Program-made: the position numbers and the translations under genes
DNA from: Tubiluchus corallicola
Lineage: Eukaryota; Animalia; Priapulida
Reading direction: 5' to 3'
DNA: 64,000 nucleotides
NCBI GenBank assembly: GCA_030141605.1
Contig: JAQGDQ010000802.1
Span: forward strand, 29,894 to 93,893
In this document: positions 63,248-64,000 of the stretch, piece by piece
Layout of the letters: every line of letters begins with the position of its first letter
Position numbering within the stretch: position 1 is the stretch's first letter
Notes under the pieces: generated by a model
Seen by the model: the letters and a program-made list of their open reading frames with translations, nothing else
What the model was told of the DNA's origin: nothing
Databases searched by the model: none

Positions 63248-63640
63248 CAGTGGTTCCCTAGCCTTTTACTAGCCAAGTACCATTTCGAAATTCAGAGAGA
63301 TCTGTCGCGTTCCTCTTAAAATTTTTTAGCAATCTGAGTTTCAAGAAAATAGTTTTTACACGTGTATTTATTTGTAGTATTCTCTATACAAATGCTCCTT
63401 AAAAGCTCTTATTTTCAGTATTTATTTGTAGTATTCTCTATACAAATGCTCCTTAAAAGCCCTTATTTTCAGTATTTATTTGTAGTATTCTCTATACAAA
63501 TGCTCCTTAAAAGCTCTTATTTTCAGTATTTATTTGTAGTATTCTCTATACAAATGCTCCTTAAAAGCTCTTATTTTTTCAGTATTTATTTGTAGTATTC
63601 TCTCTGCTTATACTCCTCCTTAAAAGCCCTTATTTTCAAT
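63248..63640 (+). mobile_element. hAT-Charlie-like left end followed by a 54-bp x ~5 array (63364-63638)
   Basis: GTCTAGAT|CAGTGGTTCCC, matching the NTCTAGAN target preference; right TIR not seen in the window. Confidence 0.5.
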
Positions 63641-64000
63641 TTACACATTTCCAAATTGAATAACAAAATGCATGAAAAAAATGATCGGATGTCAAATCAA
63701 AAGACGAATTTGGAGACGAACTGTGAAGTAGCCTCAATGGCCGCTTCATTGACGCGGGCTTTTCTGAAAACCGCAAACCTACCGCCATCTACCAACGCAT
63801 TTGCTGTGCCAAACGTCTATTTTACATAATAAATTAACCCCGCTATACGTGTGAGTTTTTTACGTGAATTCGTAATAATCACGTCTAGCGTTAAGGCCGT
63901 CAAATTCTTTTGAACTTCGTTCCTGTCGGATATCGATCTGGACTGATCCCAATTTCTGACACCATTTGCAAAAAAAACGTATGAAACGGTTGAATAAAAT

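Overview
AT-rich, intron-containing eukaryotic DNA, most likely from a bilaterian invertebrate; it is not prokaryotic. The window holds the middle of one + strand gene. Thirteen GT-AG exons from 329 to 43903 splice in consistent phase into about 1043 codons with no stop. They encode a PHLDB1/PHLDB2 (LL5)-family coiled-coil protein. The 5' exons and the C-terminal PH-domain exons were not found and presumably lie outside the window. The rest is intron sequence packed with non-autonomous DNA transposons (Kolobok-like, hAT, pogo/Tigger, mariner, piggyBac-like, Harbinger-like), 5'-truncated LINE 3' ends, 5S-rRNA-derived SINE-like pieces, and about 20 minisatellites and microsatellites. Most long ORFs in the supplied track are repeat artefacts. 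I found no convincing new protein-coding system. The notable signals concern repeat evolution: minisatellites arising from TE segments, a foldback MITE made of two left ends, a hAT-like element with a 6-bp TSD, a 1.6-kb duplication pasted into a satellite, and CTCF-like motifs, some carried by repeats. All family assignments come from recalled motifs, not database searches.
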